A stretch of DNA of 32,000 nucleotides, taken from the NCBI RefSeq assembly GCF_000009045.1, contig NC_000964.3, forward strand, positions 3,240,001 through 3,272,000. Direction: 5' to 3'. Below are positions 18,062 through 26,706 of this stretch, in pieces. Made by a program: the position numbers and the translations under genes. Source of the DNA: Bacillus subtilis subsp. subtilis str. 168 (GTDB taxonomy: Bacteria > Bacillota > Bacilli > Bacillales > Bacillaceae). The notes beneath the pieces were generated by a model. It did not search any database. It was given only the letters and a program-made list of their open reading frames with translations, and was not told the origin of the DNA. Within the stretch, counting starts at the first letter, position 1. Each line of letters starts with the position of its first letter.

Positions 18062-19266
18062 CACCATTCCAGAGCCTCTAAATAACATTCATACGCTTCT
18101 TCTTTGTCCAGTTGATTGCCTAATTCTGAGCAAGTGTCCCAGTTGTTGCTTTCAATTAATTTCACAAGCTCAAGCATTTGGTAGTAGTCGTTTTGATGGC
18201 CTAATAATGCTTGCCCGACTTCATCTTTTAAAGGCAATTCTTGAACAATTTCCTCTATTTCTCTATGCAGGAGGGTGTCTATGAGAGAAAACATTCCGAT
18301 CAGCATATAAGAAGCAGGCTGCGGCCGGGATGTCTTTCTCGCCAGCAGTTCGCAAAGCTTTGCTCTTATCAGAGAAATCTTAATGATTTCGTGCTTGCTG
18401 GAATGCCCTTTCCTGCTTAAATCCTTAAAGGAAAGAATATATATCCACCGTTTGATTTCATTAAATCCCAGCAGCATAATGGCCTGTTGAATGCTTTCAA
18501 TTTTCTGGCTCAAACGGCTGTGGGATGAGTTTAAAAATTTTAAAATTTGATAGGACAGTGATAAATCCCGCTCTATGTACTCTGTCACACGCTTTATGTT
18601 AGGCTGCTCTTTACTCAGTTCGTTAAGCAGTTCATAGTAAGAATAGAAATGAGTCGATAGGTCATGCCCGCTGATGATGCGCGGCTCGCTGAAAAAGTAG
18701 CCTTGGAATAATTGAAAGCCGTCTTGGACCGCCTGTTTATATTCTTTTCGGGTCTCTACTTTTTCCGCTAAAAAAATCAGGCCGCGGCAGCCGTAGGTTT
18801 GCAAAATTGTTCTGCGTTCCATTCGTGTTGTTTTGAGAAAATCAATTTTCAATATATCAATATAGCTCATGAGTTTTTCCAGTAAGTCCTCATCTTGCGG
18901 ATTTATTGCATAAAAATCATCAAGCGCCAGCATATACCCCATTTTTTTCAATTCTTTGCATCTAGAAATGAGGGCCGGCGTGATCGGTATATCTTCAAGG
19001 ATTTCAATGACAAGCTGTTTCGGATTGAAGGAGGTGGGAAGATTCGAAAACATCAGGCTTTCCGTAAAATTAACAAAACAGCGTTTCCCTTCCGTCAGCT
19101 TCTCAATTCCGATGTTTAAAAAGCTGTTGATCACCAAATCTGTTGTTGCCTGATCGCCGTCTTTAGCGCTATACACGTTCTCTTCGCTTTCTCTATACAG
19201 CAGTTCATAAGCAACAACCTGTTCTTTTCTATTAAAAATAGGCTGTCTTGCAACAAACACCCTCAT
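18037..19266 (-). CDS. yuxH (pdeH): Cyclic-di-GMP phosphodiesterase, EAL plus HDOD domains
   Basis: 409 aa; N-terminal FVARQPIFNRKEQVVAYELLYR (ExLxR), LALDDF and LAEKVE motifs; C-terminal HDOD-like region LSYQILKFLNSSHSRLSQKIESIQQAIMLLG. Confidence 0.92.
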   Translation of the reverse strand: MRVFVARQPIFNRKEQVVAYELLYRESEENVYSAKDGDQATTDLVINSFLNIGIEKLTEGKRCFVNFTESLMFSNLPTSFNPKQLVIEILEDIPITPALISRCKELKKMGYMLALDDFYAINPQDEDLLEKLMSYIDILKIDFLKTTRMERRTILQTYGCRGLIFLAEKVETRKEYKQAVQDGFQLFQGYFFSEPRIISGHDLSTHFYSYYELLNELSKEQPNIKRVTEYIERDLSLSYQILKFLNSSHSRLSQKIESIQQAIMLLGFNEIKRWIYILSFKDLSRKGHSSKHEIIKISLIRAKLCELLARKTSRPQPASYMLIGMFSLIDTLLHREIEEIVQELPLKDEVGQALLGHQNDYYQMLELVKLIESNNWDTCSELGNQLDKEEAYECYLEALEWCHNLMDAK

Positions 19267-19365
19267 TGATTTATCCCCCTTACAATACGCGCGGCTTTCA
19301 CCCCTAAGTATATCAAATAATTTGACGAAAATTGTCTAAACATGAAAAATAATATATACATAAAG

Positions 19366-19400
19366 AAAACTGGCCCTTCGCGAATGAAAGGCCAGTTTTT
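19366..19400 (-). terminator. Terminator downstream of pncB
   Basis: Minus strand AAAAACTGGCC...GGCCAGTTTT stem. Confidence 0.8.
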
Positions 19401-19402
19401 CT

Positions 19403-20875
19403 TTATTCTTCCTCAAGCTCTTCTTCAATTCTGCTTTTCACTTCGTGGATCCGCTGCATTTTATTGCTCCAGCAGTCCTCGCTTAAATCAACCGGGTATT
19501 CCTCCGGCTTGCTGATTCTCTTATATTCCTCCCAAAGCAGGCTGAGGTTATCCTGCACATACTGCTGTATGTCTGAAATCTCAGGGTTTTGGTAGCAAAG
19601 AATACCCTTCTCAAAAATCAGTTCATGAAGATCCTTCGCATAAAAATTCGTGACAAATTTGCTGATGAATGTATGAACCGGGTGGAACATTCTGAGCCGC
19701 TTCTGATCATTCACCTGCTCATCATAAAGCGCAATATAGTCGCCTTCAGAATGATGGTTGGACTGATTAATAATGCGGTAGACTTTCTTTCTGCCCGGTG
19801 TCGTCACTTTTTCAGGATTGGACGAAATTTTGATCGTGTCGACCATTTTCCCGTCTTCTTCAATGGCAACGAGTTTATAAACTGCGCCGAGAGCCGGCTG
19901 GTCATAGGCAGTGATCAGCTTCGTACCGACACCCCAGACATCAATGCGCGCTCCCTGAGCCTTTAAATTCATAATGGTGTGCTCATCCAAATCGCTTGAA
20001 GCAATCACCTTCGCATCTGTAAATCCTGCTTCATCAAGCATTTTCCGGGCTTTTTTTGACAGGTACGCCAAATCGCCGCTGTCCAGACGGATGCCAATGA
20101 AATTAATGCGGTCGCCGAATTCCTTGGCAACCCTAATCGCGTTCGGCATGCCTGAACGAAGCGTGTCATACGTGTCAACTAAGAAGACGCAATCCTTATG
20201 TGTTTCCGCGTATTTTTTGAAAGCTGTATATTCATCGCGGTAAGCCTGCACAAGCGCATGCGCATGTGTGCCGGAAACCGGGATATTAAAGCGCTTTCCG
20301 GCTCTTACATTGCTTGTCGCGCTAAAGCCGCCGATTAAGGCTGCTCTCGCTCCCCACATGGCCGCATCCATTTCGTGCGCCCGTCTTGTTCCGAATTCAA
20401 GCGCAACTTCATCACCGATGACGCCTTTAATCCGGGCAGCCTTTGTTGCGATTAATGTTTGATAGTTCACAATGTTGAGCAAAGCTGTTTCAATCAGCTG
20501 CGCTTCTACCAGGGGTGCCTCCACCCTCATAATCGGCTCATTGTTAAAAACGAGTTCTCCTTCTTTCATGGAGTAAAGTGAACCTGTAAAAGATAAGCCG
20601 CGCAAATATTCAATAAAATCTTCATGATACCCGAGTTCATCCTGTAAATAACTCAAATCGCTATCCGTAAACTTGAAATTTTCCAAGTATTCAATGGCTT
20701 TTTCCAAGCCCGCAAATACGGCATAGCCATTTTCAAACGGAAGCCTTCTGAAAAACAGCTCAAAAATCGCTTTCTTTTCATGAATGCCGTCTCTCCAGTA
20801 CGTTTCCGCCATATTGATCTGATAAAGGTCTGTATGTAATGACAGGCTGTCATCTTTAAATCCGTACTCTAACAC
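19403..20875 (-). CDS. pncB (yueK): Nicotinate phosphoribosyltransferase
   Basis: 490 aa; YQINMAETYW, EFGTRRAHEMDAAMWGARAALIGG, IGIRLDSGDLAYLSKKAR. Confidence 0.95.
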   Translation of the reverse strand: MLEYGFKDDSLSLHTDLYQINMAETYWRDGIHEKKAIFELFFRRLPFENGYAVFAGLEKAIEYLENFKFTDSDLSYLQDELGYHEDFIEYLRGLSFTGSLYSMKEGELVFNNEPIMRVEAPLVEAQLIETALLNIVNYQTLIATKAARIKGVIGDEVALEFGTRRAHEMDAAMWGARAALIGGFSATSNVRAGKRFNIPVSGTHAHALVQAYRDEYTAFKKYAETHKDCVFLVDTYDTLRSGMPNAIRVAKEFGDRINFIGIRLDSGDLAYLSKKARKMLDEAGFTDAKVIASSDLDEHTIMNLKAQGARIDVWGVGTKLITAYDQPALGAVYKLVAIEEDGKMVDTIKISSNPEKVTTPGRKKVYRIINQSNHHSEGDYIALYDEQVNDQKRLRMFHPVHTFISKFVTNFYAKDLHELIFEKGILCYQNPEISDIQQYVQDNLSLLWEEYKRISKPEEYPVDLSEDCWSNKMQRIHEVKSRIEEELEEE

Positions 20876-20890
20876 TGTTTTTCCCCTTCC

Positions 20891-21442
20891 TTACTCTGCC
20901 ACTTGCGCTCCGATGCTGTTTGCAAAATGGGAAAGAGCCCATGCGTGCCCCTCCTGATTAAAGCTGGCAACAGCTTGTTTATGCACAACAATCCGAAAAC
21001 CTTTGTTGTATGCGTCAACAGCTGTATGCAACACACAAATATCTGTGCAGACACCGGCAAGATGCAGTTCGCCAATCTGCCGCTCTCTGAGTTTGAGCTC
21101 TAAATCAGTTCCCGCAAAAGCAGAATATCTCGTTTTTTCCATGTAGTAAACATTAGGTTCATGTTCATGTTTCTGATATAGAGGCAAAAGCTTTCCGTAC
21201 AGATCTTTTCCTTCCGTGCCTTTTATATTATGCGGAGGAAAAAGACGGGTTTCAGGGTGATATTGATCCCCTTCATCATGAGAATCTACTGCTAATACGA
21301 CGTAATCACCGTTTGTGATGAATTCTTTAGTTAAATTGACGATCGCCTCTTCAATCATTCTGCCGGGCTCCCCGCAGGTCAATTTTCCGTCACTCGCCAC
21401 AAAATCATTCGTATAATCAATACAAATAAGTGCTTTTTTCAT
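20891..21442 (-). CDS. pncA (yueJ): Nicotinamidase
   Basis: 183 aa from MKKALICIDYTNDFVASDGKL; isochorismatase-fold motif LHLAGVCTDICVLHTAVDAY (catalytic Cys). Confidence 0.93.
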   Translation of the reverse strand: MKKALICIDYTNDFVASDGKLTCGEPGRMIEEAIVNLTKEFITNGDYVVLAVDSHDEGDQYHPETRLFPPHNIKGTEGKDLYGKLLPLYQKHEHEPNVYYMEKTRYSAFAGTDLELKLRERQIGELHLAGVCTDICVLHTAVDAYNKGFRIVVHKQAVASFNQEGHAWALSHFANSIGAQVAE

Positions 21443-21538
21443 AGCCGGCCTCCCCGCCATCAGTATGAGAACATTATATCTTATCTCCAGTTGTAAGTGA
21501 ATTGCCATGAACAAAAAGACAAACGGTCCGTTTGTCTC

Positions 21539-21937
21539 TTACGATTTCAGTACTGACCGATTATAAATGTCGTCCTGAATATATATCAATTCACGATTCA
21601 CAGCGATATCAGCCGCAATGACGATGCCTAAGGGCGTATGAAACTGGAGATCAGATACAATCTTGAAAGGCACTCCGTACCGGCTCGCCATTTGGATATA
21701 AGAAGAGTAAGACTGATACTGAAGCTCTCCATTAATCAAAAGGGTGACGTTATGGCTGTTTTTCAGCTCGTGCTCTGCCTCTTTATACGGTTTGCTTCTA
21801 AGCACCTGTCCTTTCGTCAGTGCCAAAACGACTCTTTCTCTTAAAGAGCCTAAAAACAAATGGCGCTCGTCAGGCTTTGTCTCCAAAGGCCCATACATTC
21901 CTTGCTGCAAATAGAGATCCATTTTATCTTCACTCAA
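21539..21937 (-). CDS. yueI: YueI-family uncharacterised protein
   Basis: 132 aa; MSEDKMDLYLQQGMYGPLETKPDERHLFLGSLRERV; synteny. Confidence 0.85.
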   Translation of the reverse strand: MSEDKMDLYLQQGMYGPLETKPDERHLFLGSLRERVVLALTKGQVLRSKPYKEAEHELKNSHNVTLLINGELQYQSYSSYIQMASRYGVPFKIVSDLQFHTPLGIVIAADIAVNRELIYIQDDIYNRSVLKS

Positions 21938-22008
21938 AAGCCTGTCCTCCCGTCTTGTTTGTCTTCATTATCACCTGATCAGGCAGGAGCTAAACTTTCA
22001 AGCGCCGT

Positions 22009-22257
22009 TTACATTTCTGTTACCCAATGAATGATTTTTTTGGCCAGCTCACCAGCAGGGGTTTCCTCTGTATGCCGGCGCAACGACGCTTCCAGCCGTT
22101 CAGGCAGAGTTGCTTTATCTTCTTCATAGGAAATGATCGTGCTCCACTCCAGCTGCGGTACCGCTACAAGCGTGCGCAGTTCTTTTCTGTTTTCATGCAG
22201 ATACACGTCCGTGATCATTCCGGTTTGCGTATTGATATTTGCTTTTCTGATTTTCAT
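22009..22257 (-). CDS. yueH: YueH-family uncharacterised protein
   Basis: 82 aa; synteny and family-like sequence MKIRKANINTQTGMITDVYLHENRKE. Confidence 0.82.
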   Translation of the reverse strand: MKIRKANINTQTGMITDVYLHENRKELRTLVAVPQLEWSTIISYEEDKATLPERLEASLRRHTEETPAGELAKKIIHWVTEM

Positions 22258-22300
22258 AACATGACCTCTCTATTCAAAGACTACCCATATTATACAATAA

Positions 22301-22331
22301 AAAAGCAACAGCCTCTTGTGAAAAGGCTGTT
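22301..22331 (-). terminator. Terminator overlapping the 3' end of yueG
   Basis: Minus strand AACAGCC-ttttcacaaga-GGCTGTT-GCTTTTTT. Confidence 0.8.
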
Positions 22332-22551
22332 ACCCGTTAAACGAAACTGTTTCATCAGTGATATCGGCATCTTTGAAGAGAGTTTTACTCGTTTGGTTGT
22401 TAATCTTCACAAAATCACCAAGCTGAAATGTGCCTGACCCCGCCCCTGAATGAGCGACGCTTTTGGGCGAAATCGCAAATACGTCTCCAAAGCTTGCCGC
22501 GGCATTATCCGTAACTGACATGATATAAATCGGCCCCACAATTGCAGGCAT
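22330..22551 (-). CDS. yueG: GerPF/GerPA-like small protein
   Basis: 73 aa; [31 protein letters not shown]...[16 protein letters not shown]; SD GGAGGTGGGG. Confidence 0.88.
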
Positions 22552-22610
22552 TTCCCCACCTCCGCATTGATTTACAGCATCATATGCAAGGAGCCGATAA
22601 TGGTGCCCGC

Positions 22611-23720
22611 CTATTCAGCTGGCTTTGCGTTTTCCTCGAGTCGTGACCGCTGGCGCAGCTTGATCAAGCGGACAATATTCAGGAAGAACGCCTTCACTAC
22701 CGCATAAACCGGCACCGCTAAAATCATGCCGAGAATTCCGCCGAAGCTTCCCGCTCCGATTAATAGCAAAATAATCGTAAGCGGATGGGTATTCAGCCGC
22801 TTTCCGATCACAAGAGGAGACAGCAGGTTTCCGTCCAGCTGCTGAACGATGACGACCACAATAATCGCAAACAGCGCTTTGGCCGGCGAGTCCATAAAAC
22901 CGACAATGACAGCCGGCGCGGCACCGAGAAAAGGCCCGACATAGGGAATGATATTGGTAATCGCCATGACAATCCCAAGAATCAGGGCATACGGCAGTCC
23001 GGCAATTAAATAGCCGATAAAACACGCTGTTCCGACAAAAAGACAGATTAACAGCTGCCCCTGGAAATATGCCGCAAGCGTATCGGATAAATCTTTAAAA
23101 ATCTTTAAGCCTTCTGTCCGATAAGAAGCCGGTAGAATTTTTACTGCCAAATGCGGAAAGCGGTGTCCGTCTTTCAGCATGTAAAAAAGGATAAATGGAA
23201 CAGTAATAATAACAAGCGTGATGTTTGTCACGACACCAAACACCGCAGATAAACTGGACGTGATATTTTGCGGCAGGTTTTGGAGAAAACTTGTCAATGA
23301 CTGTTCAATTTTTGATATCGATACATAATCCTGGTTCATCATCCAGGTAAACCATTGAGAATGGGACAAATCCTTTGTCAGCGCCTGAATCTGTTTTATA
23401 TAATCAGGAAGGTTGTTAAACAGCCCTGTCACCTGTGCGGTGATGATAGGTCCGACTGACGCTGAAATAAAGGCAAGCAAACCGATAAACAGTAAATAGA
23501 TCAATAGAATGGATAATGTCCGCGGAATTTTTTTCTCAAGCAGGCGGACGACCGGATTAAATATGAAATACAAAATTCCCGCAATTAGCATCGGGAAAAA
23601 CAATGTCGAGATAAAAACAATAAACGGCTGAAATACAAATGAAACTTTTGTTGCTACAAAAATAATCAGCAAAACAAATAAAATCTGCAATGTCCAAAAA
23701 TGGACTTTTGATTTCAACAA
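22611..23720 (-). CDS. yueF: AI-2E family (UPF0118) transporter, TTG start
   Basis: 369 aa hydrophobic protein; [21 protein letters not shown] and [22 protein letters not shown] motifs; SD AGGAGG. Confidence 0.9.
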
Positions 23721-23834
23721 GCTTTGTTCCTCCTAGTTTTTCTTTGTCTGTCAGATAAAAGAACTTATACCCCATCATTGTAACAAAAATGAACTCATAT
23801 CAGAACTCTTAATATAATGAAAGGAGTGTTGGTG

Positions 23835-24224
23835 ATGAAGGCCGTGACATACGATACAGATTCAGAACTGGCTTATATCTATGTTCTTCCTCCGAAAAAG
23901 AACAGGAATGTACGGACTGAGGAGCTCAGAGTCAATGATTGTCTCCTGCTGGATATCAGCCAAGATGGCAAAATCGCCGGATTCGAATGTTTTGGTGAGG
24001 CAGCACACCTCTGTGCCCCATTTGCCGGGAAATCCCGGCTGTATGTAAAAGATTCAGACGGTTATCATTTTCGGGTCTGCCAGCATGCTTCAGTCCGTTC
24101 CTGCTATACGGTGTACCGTGTCACTTTCTGTTTTTCAGATGGTGACTATCAGGAATTTGCCGGCTTTGACCTTGATGGAACAATGTATCATAGTGCGTTT
24201 TTACAGCGCTTAACTGAAAAATAG
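23835..24224 (+). CDS. yuzE: DUF2283-like N-terminal domain protein
   Basis: MKAVTYDTDSELAYIYVLPP resembles DUF2283 starts; SD AAGGAG at 23821. Confidence 0.75.
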   Translation: MKAVTYDTDSELAYIYVLPPKKNRNVRTEELRVNDCLLLDISQDGKIAGFECFGEAAHLCAPFAGKSRLYVKDSDGYHFRVCQHASVRSCYTVYRVTFCFSDGDYQEFAGFDLDGTMYHSAFLQRLTEK

Positions 24225-24250
24225 GACGTCCTGTTGTACGCCTATTTTTC
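24216..24250. terminator. Symmetric terminator between convergent yuzE and yuzF
   Basis: GAAAAATAGG...CCTATTTTTC perfect inverted repeat. Confidence 0.75.
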
Positions 24251-24264
24251 ATGCGCAAGCACTG

Positions 24265-24501
24265 TTAGACCCGCTCACTGTAATCTGGGGTGACGGAAAT
24301 CATGTGCTGGATTCTGATCAAACAAACAGAATTTCGGGCTCCTTCAATTGTGATATGGTCAGGTTTTACATCGATCAGTCTGCCTCTGACCGTATCTCGT
24401 ACTGTCTGTATAACGAACCTTGAGCCGATGAGCTTTTTAATGGTCTGATAGACATAAGGATCGACTAAAGAGACCAGTTGCGGACTACCTTGGTTGACCA
24501 T
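24265..24501 (-). CDS. yuzF: DUF2642-like small protein
   Basis: 78 aa MVNQGSPQLVSLVDPYVYQTIKKLIGSRFVIQTVRDTVRGRLIDVKPDHITIE. Confidence 0.8.
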   Translation of the reverse strand: MVNQGSPQLVSLVDPYVYQTIKKLIGSRFVIQTVRDTVRGRLIDVKPDHITIEGARNSVCLIRIQHMISVTPDYSERV

Positions 24502-24677
24502 ACTTTTATCCCCTTTGTGTGTTTTATCTCAGCTTATGCCGCGCTTATGGATAATGACACAGGCTTACCTGATAAAACAAAGGGGTGCGGAGATTTTAGG
24601 AGAATACGTTTGGAGGCGGGTGTAAAGGAAGTATCGATGAAGCGGAGACAGCGAAGAAAGCTGGCGCTGTTCCGTAC

Positions 24678-25208
24678 TTATACAGGCTTTATCACGGATG
24701 CCTGGGCTTGGTCGATTAATTGGTCCAGCTTTTCTATTTTTTTTCGTGCGGTTGAAGGATCAATTTGGCGGTAATGATGGTGGCCGCCCGGCTCTTCATC
24801 CAGTTCGTCCGCTTTTTTGACAATCTGCTGCAGTGTGTTTTTATCTAATTCGCCTTCAGGCAAATAGGAATCTGTATGAAGCAAAATGGCTAGTGCAATC
24901 TCTTTTGCTGCTTTCGGTTCCTCGCCAAGCCGAATCAGAAGTTTATGCGCCCGTTCCGCCCCTTTAATGGCATGAATGTCATTTCTTTTGTATTTCTCAT
25001 AATCCCACTTTCCGTCTGTATACCATTCATAATGGCCAATGTCATGAAGCAGTGCCGCTTTTGCTGCTAAATCAGGATTAATGTCAGCCTTCACAGACAG
25101 CCTGTATGCATGATAAGCGCAGGCAATCGCATGTGCCACGCCGGAACGCTGAAGATATTTTTGTGCAATTGGATGGGTGAAAACATCCATTAATGTAACC
25201 TTTCTCAT
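24678..25208 (-). CDS. yueE: HD-domain phosphohydrolase
   Basis: 176 aa from MRKVTLMDVFTHP with SD GGAGGGG; HD motif AALLHDIGHYEWY. Confidence 0.88.
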   Translation of the reverse strand: MRKVTLMDVFTHPIAQKYLQRSGVAHAIACAYHAYRLSVKADINPDLAAKAALLHDIGHYEWYTDGKWDYEKYKRNDIHAIKGAERAHKLLIRLGEEPKAAKEIALAILLHTDSYLPEGELDKNTLQQIVKKADELDEEPGGHHHYRQIDPSTARKKIEKLDQLIDQAQASVIKPV

Positions 25209-25386
25209 GGAAACCCCTCCTTTAGATATTTTTAGAATCCTAACATAATTTGCAGAGAAACTCAATTCTTATGTCACATCATTTTGATCTTCTTATCATC
25301 ATTGTTATACCCTAAAAGCAACGTTTCAGTCAGTATATGCGGCTGTTCAATAAAATGCGCTGGCTGCAGCCTTTTGTATAAAAAAA

Positions 25387-25407
25387 AGAGCAGAAAATAT
25401 CTGCTCT
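25387..25407 (-). terminator. Terminator overlapping the yueD stop codon
   Basis: Minus strand AGAGCAGA-tattt-TCTGCTCT-TTTTTTT. Confidence 0.85.
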
Positions 25408-26137
25408 ACAAAAACTCTTTAATATCATAAATGCGGCCGTTTTCCGTCCCTTTTTCTAGTAAAGAAAGCAGCGTGCCGGCAATAAAGTCCGGACTGCGAA
25501 GGCTTCCTGTTTCATTTAATTTCCGGAATCGTTCAATGTGGTGGAAATCCTTTTTCGATGAAGAACGGATGACGGCCTGCATCTCAGTGTCCATCACTCC
25601 AGGTGAGAACGAAATCATGTTCACCGGCAGCTCTTCATCCTCCTGTTCAAATCCGAATGTCCTCGTAAACATGTCGAGCCCGGCTTTTGAACTGCAATAC
25701 GCGCTCCATCCCTTATATGGATTTTTGGCGGCTCCTGAAGTAATGTTGACAACCGTCTTTTTGCCGCTGTATGAAGCAAACCGTTTTGTAAACAGCTGAC
25801 TCAAAAGCACGGGCGCAGTCAGGTTCAGCTGATAATGGCGCTGAAGCTCGTCAAGAGACGCTTCGCCGGCACGTTTGATCGGCGTTACCATTCCGGCGTT
25901 ATTAATAAGGGTAATACCAGAATAACGATCTGAATCGATGGATGAGAGCAATGTTTCAAATTGCTGTTCAGCTTCTTCGAGATTGATGAGGTCTATTTGA
26001 TGCTGCGTTAGTTTTTTGTGAGAGACATCTGTTTTCGTTCTGGATAAGGCATGGACTTCATGCCCCTTTTCTAAAGCCTGTAATGCAATGGCTTGACCCA
26101 GCCCTTTTGACGCTCCGGTGATGATATAAAGTTCCAT
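25406..26137 (-). CDS. yueD: Short-chain dehydrogenase/reductase (benzil/sepiapterin reductase-like)
   Basis: 243 aa; TGASKGLGQAIA nucleotide-binding motif, NNAG, YCSSKAGLDMF catalytic YxxxK. Confidence 0.92.
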   Translation of the reverse strand: MELYIITGASKGLGQAIALQALEKGHEVHALSRTKTDVSHKKLTQHQIDLINLEEAEQQFETLLSSIDSDRYSGITLINNAGMVTPIKRAGEASLDELQRHYQLNLTAPVLLSQLFTKRFASYSGKKTVVNITSGAAKNPYKGWSAYCSSKAGLDMFTRTFGFEQEDEELPVNMISFSPGVMDTEMQAVIRSSSKKDFHHIERFRKLNETGSLRSPDFIAGTLLSLLEKGTENGRIYDIKEFL

Positions 26138-26199
26138 TGGAAACCTCCTTTTCCGTTATTATTGTACGGCACCTCTTTTACACAACACAAGCACGCGGC

Positions 26200-26706
26200 C
26201 TACGCCTTCTTGTTTTCCTGCGCTGTGACTTTTGGGATGAGGAACACGATGCCTGCAATTCCGAGCAGGATCAGTACGACATAGATCATCGGCAGCAGCA
26301 ATGATGATGTTTCTTGTTCATCTTCTGTTTCCGTTGATGATGTCTTTGTCATTGGTTTTTCAGCAAAAGTAATTCCAAGCTGTTTCGACTGGGCCGCAAT
26401 CGTGTTGGAATCCTCGGCATTTGTTGATGTAAACAAATCTTTTATCAGCTCGGCGTCCTTGTCCTTCGGTTTATCAAAAGTGATATCCTTTTGTTCCTCA
26501 GGCAGTTCTGTTTTTTCTTCATAGTAGGTATCTTCATGCAAATAATTCGTATCGATTTCGATGTCTTTTTTCTCATACTGGTTTGGCGCGACATCTGTAT
26601 TTTCTTCAGTTTGGGCAGCCGCTGCAGAGGGTATGAAAAGGGAAAAGGAGAGCATACAAATCATGATCCCCTTTTCCATGCTGCGATCACGCTTCATACG
26701 TTTCAT
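26200..26706 (-). CDS. yueC: Type VII (ESX-like) secretion accessory protein, EssA-like
   Basis: N-terminal signal and C-terminal TM; positioned just downstream of yueB with a 20-nt overlap. Exact start uncertain. Confidence 0.85.

Noticed and set aside
23557-23778. 73-aa minus-strand ORF (MMGYKFFYLTDKEKLGG...) overlapping the yueF start
   Set aside because: Would conflict with the yueF N-terminus, which has a proper SD and TM segment; no independent support.
23790-23818. TGAACT - 17 nt - TATAAT as a yuzE promoter
   Set aside because: A TSS from this -10 would fall on or after the yuzE SD (23821-23826), so it could not drive normal translation.
24478-24774. 98-aa plus-strand ORF between yuzF and yueE
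   Set aside because: Overlaps the start of yuzF and the end of yueE, no recognisable domain, composition like noncoding or antisense sequence.
25431-25799. 122-aa plus-strand ORF antisense to yueD
   Set aside because: Shadow of the well-supported SDR gene.
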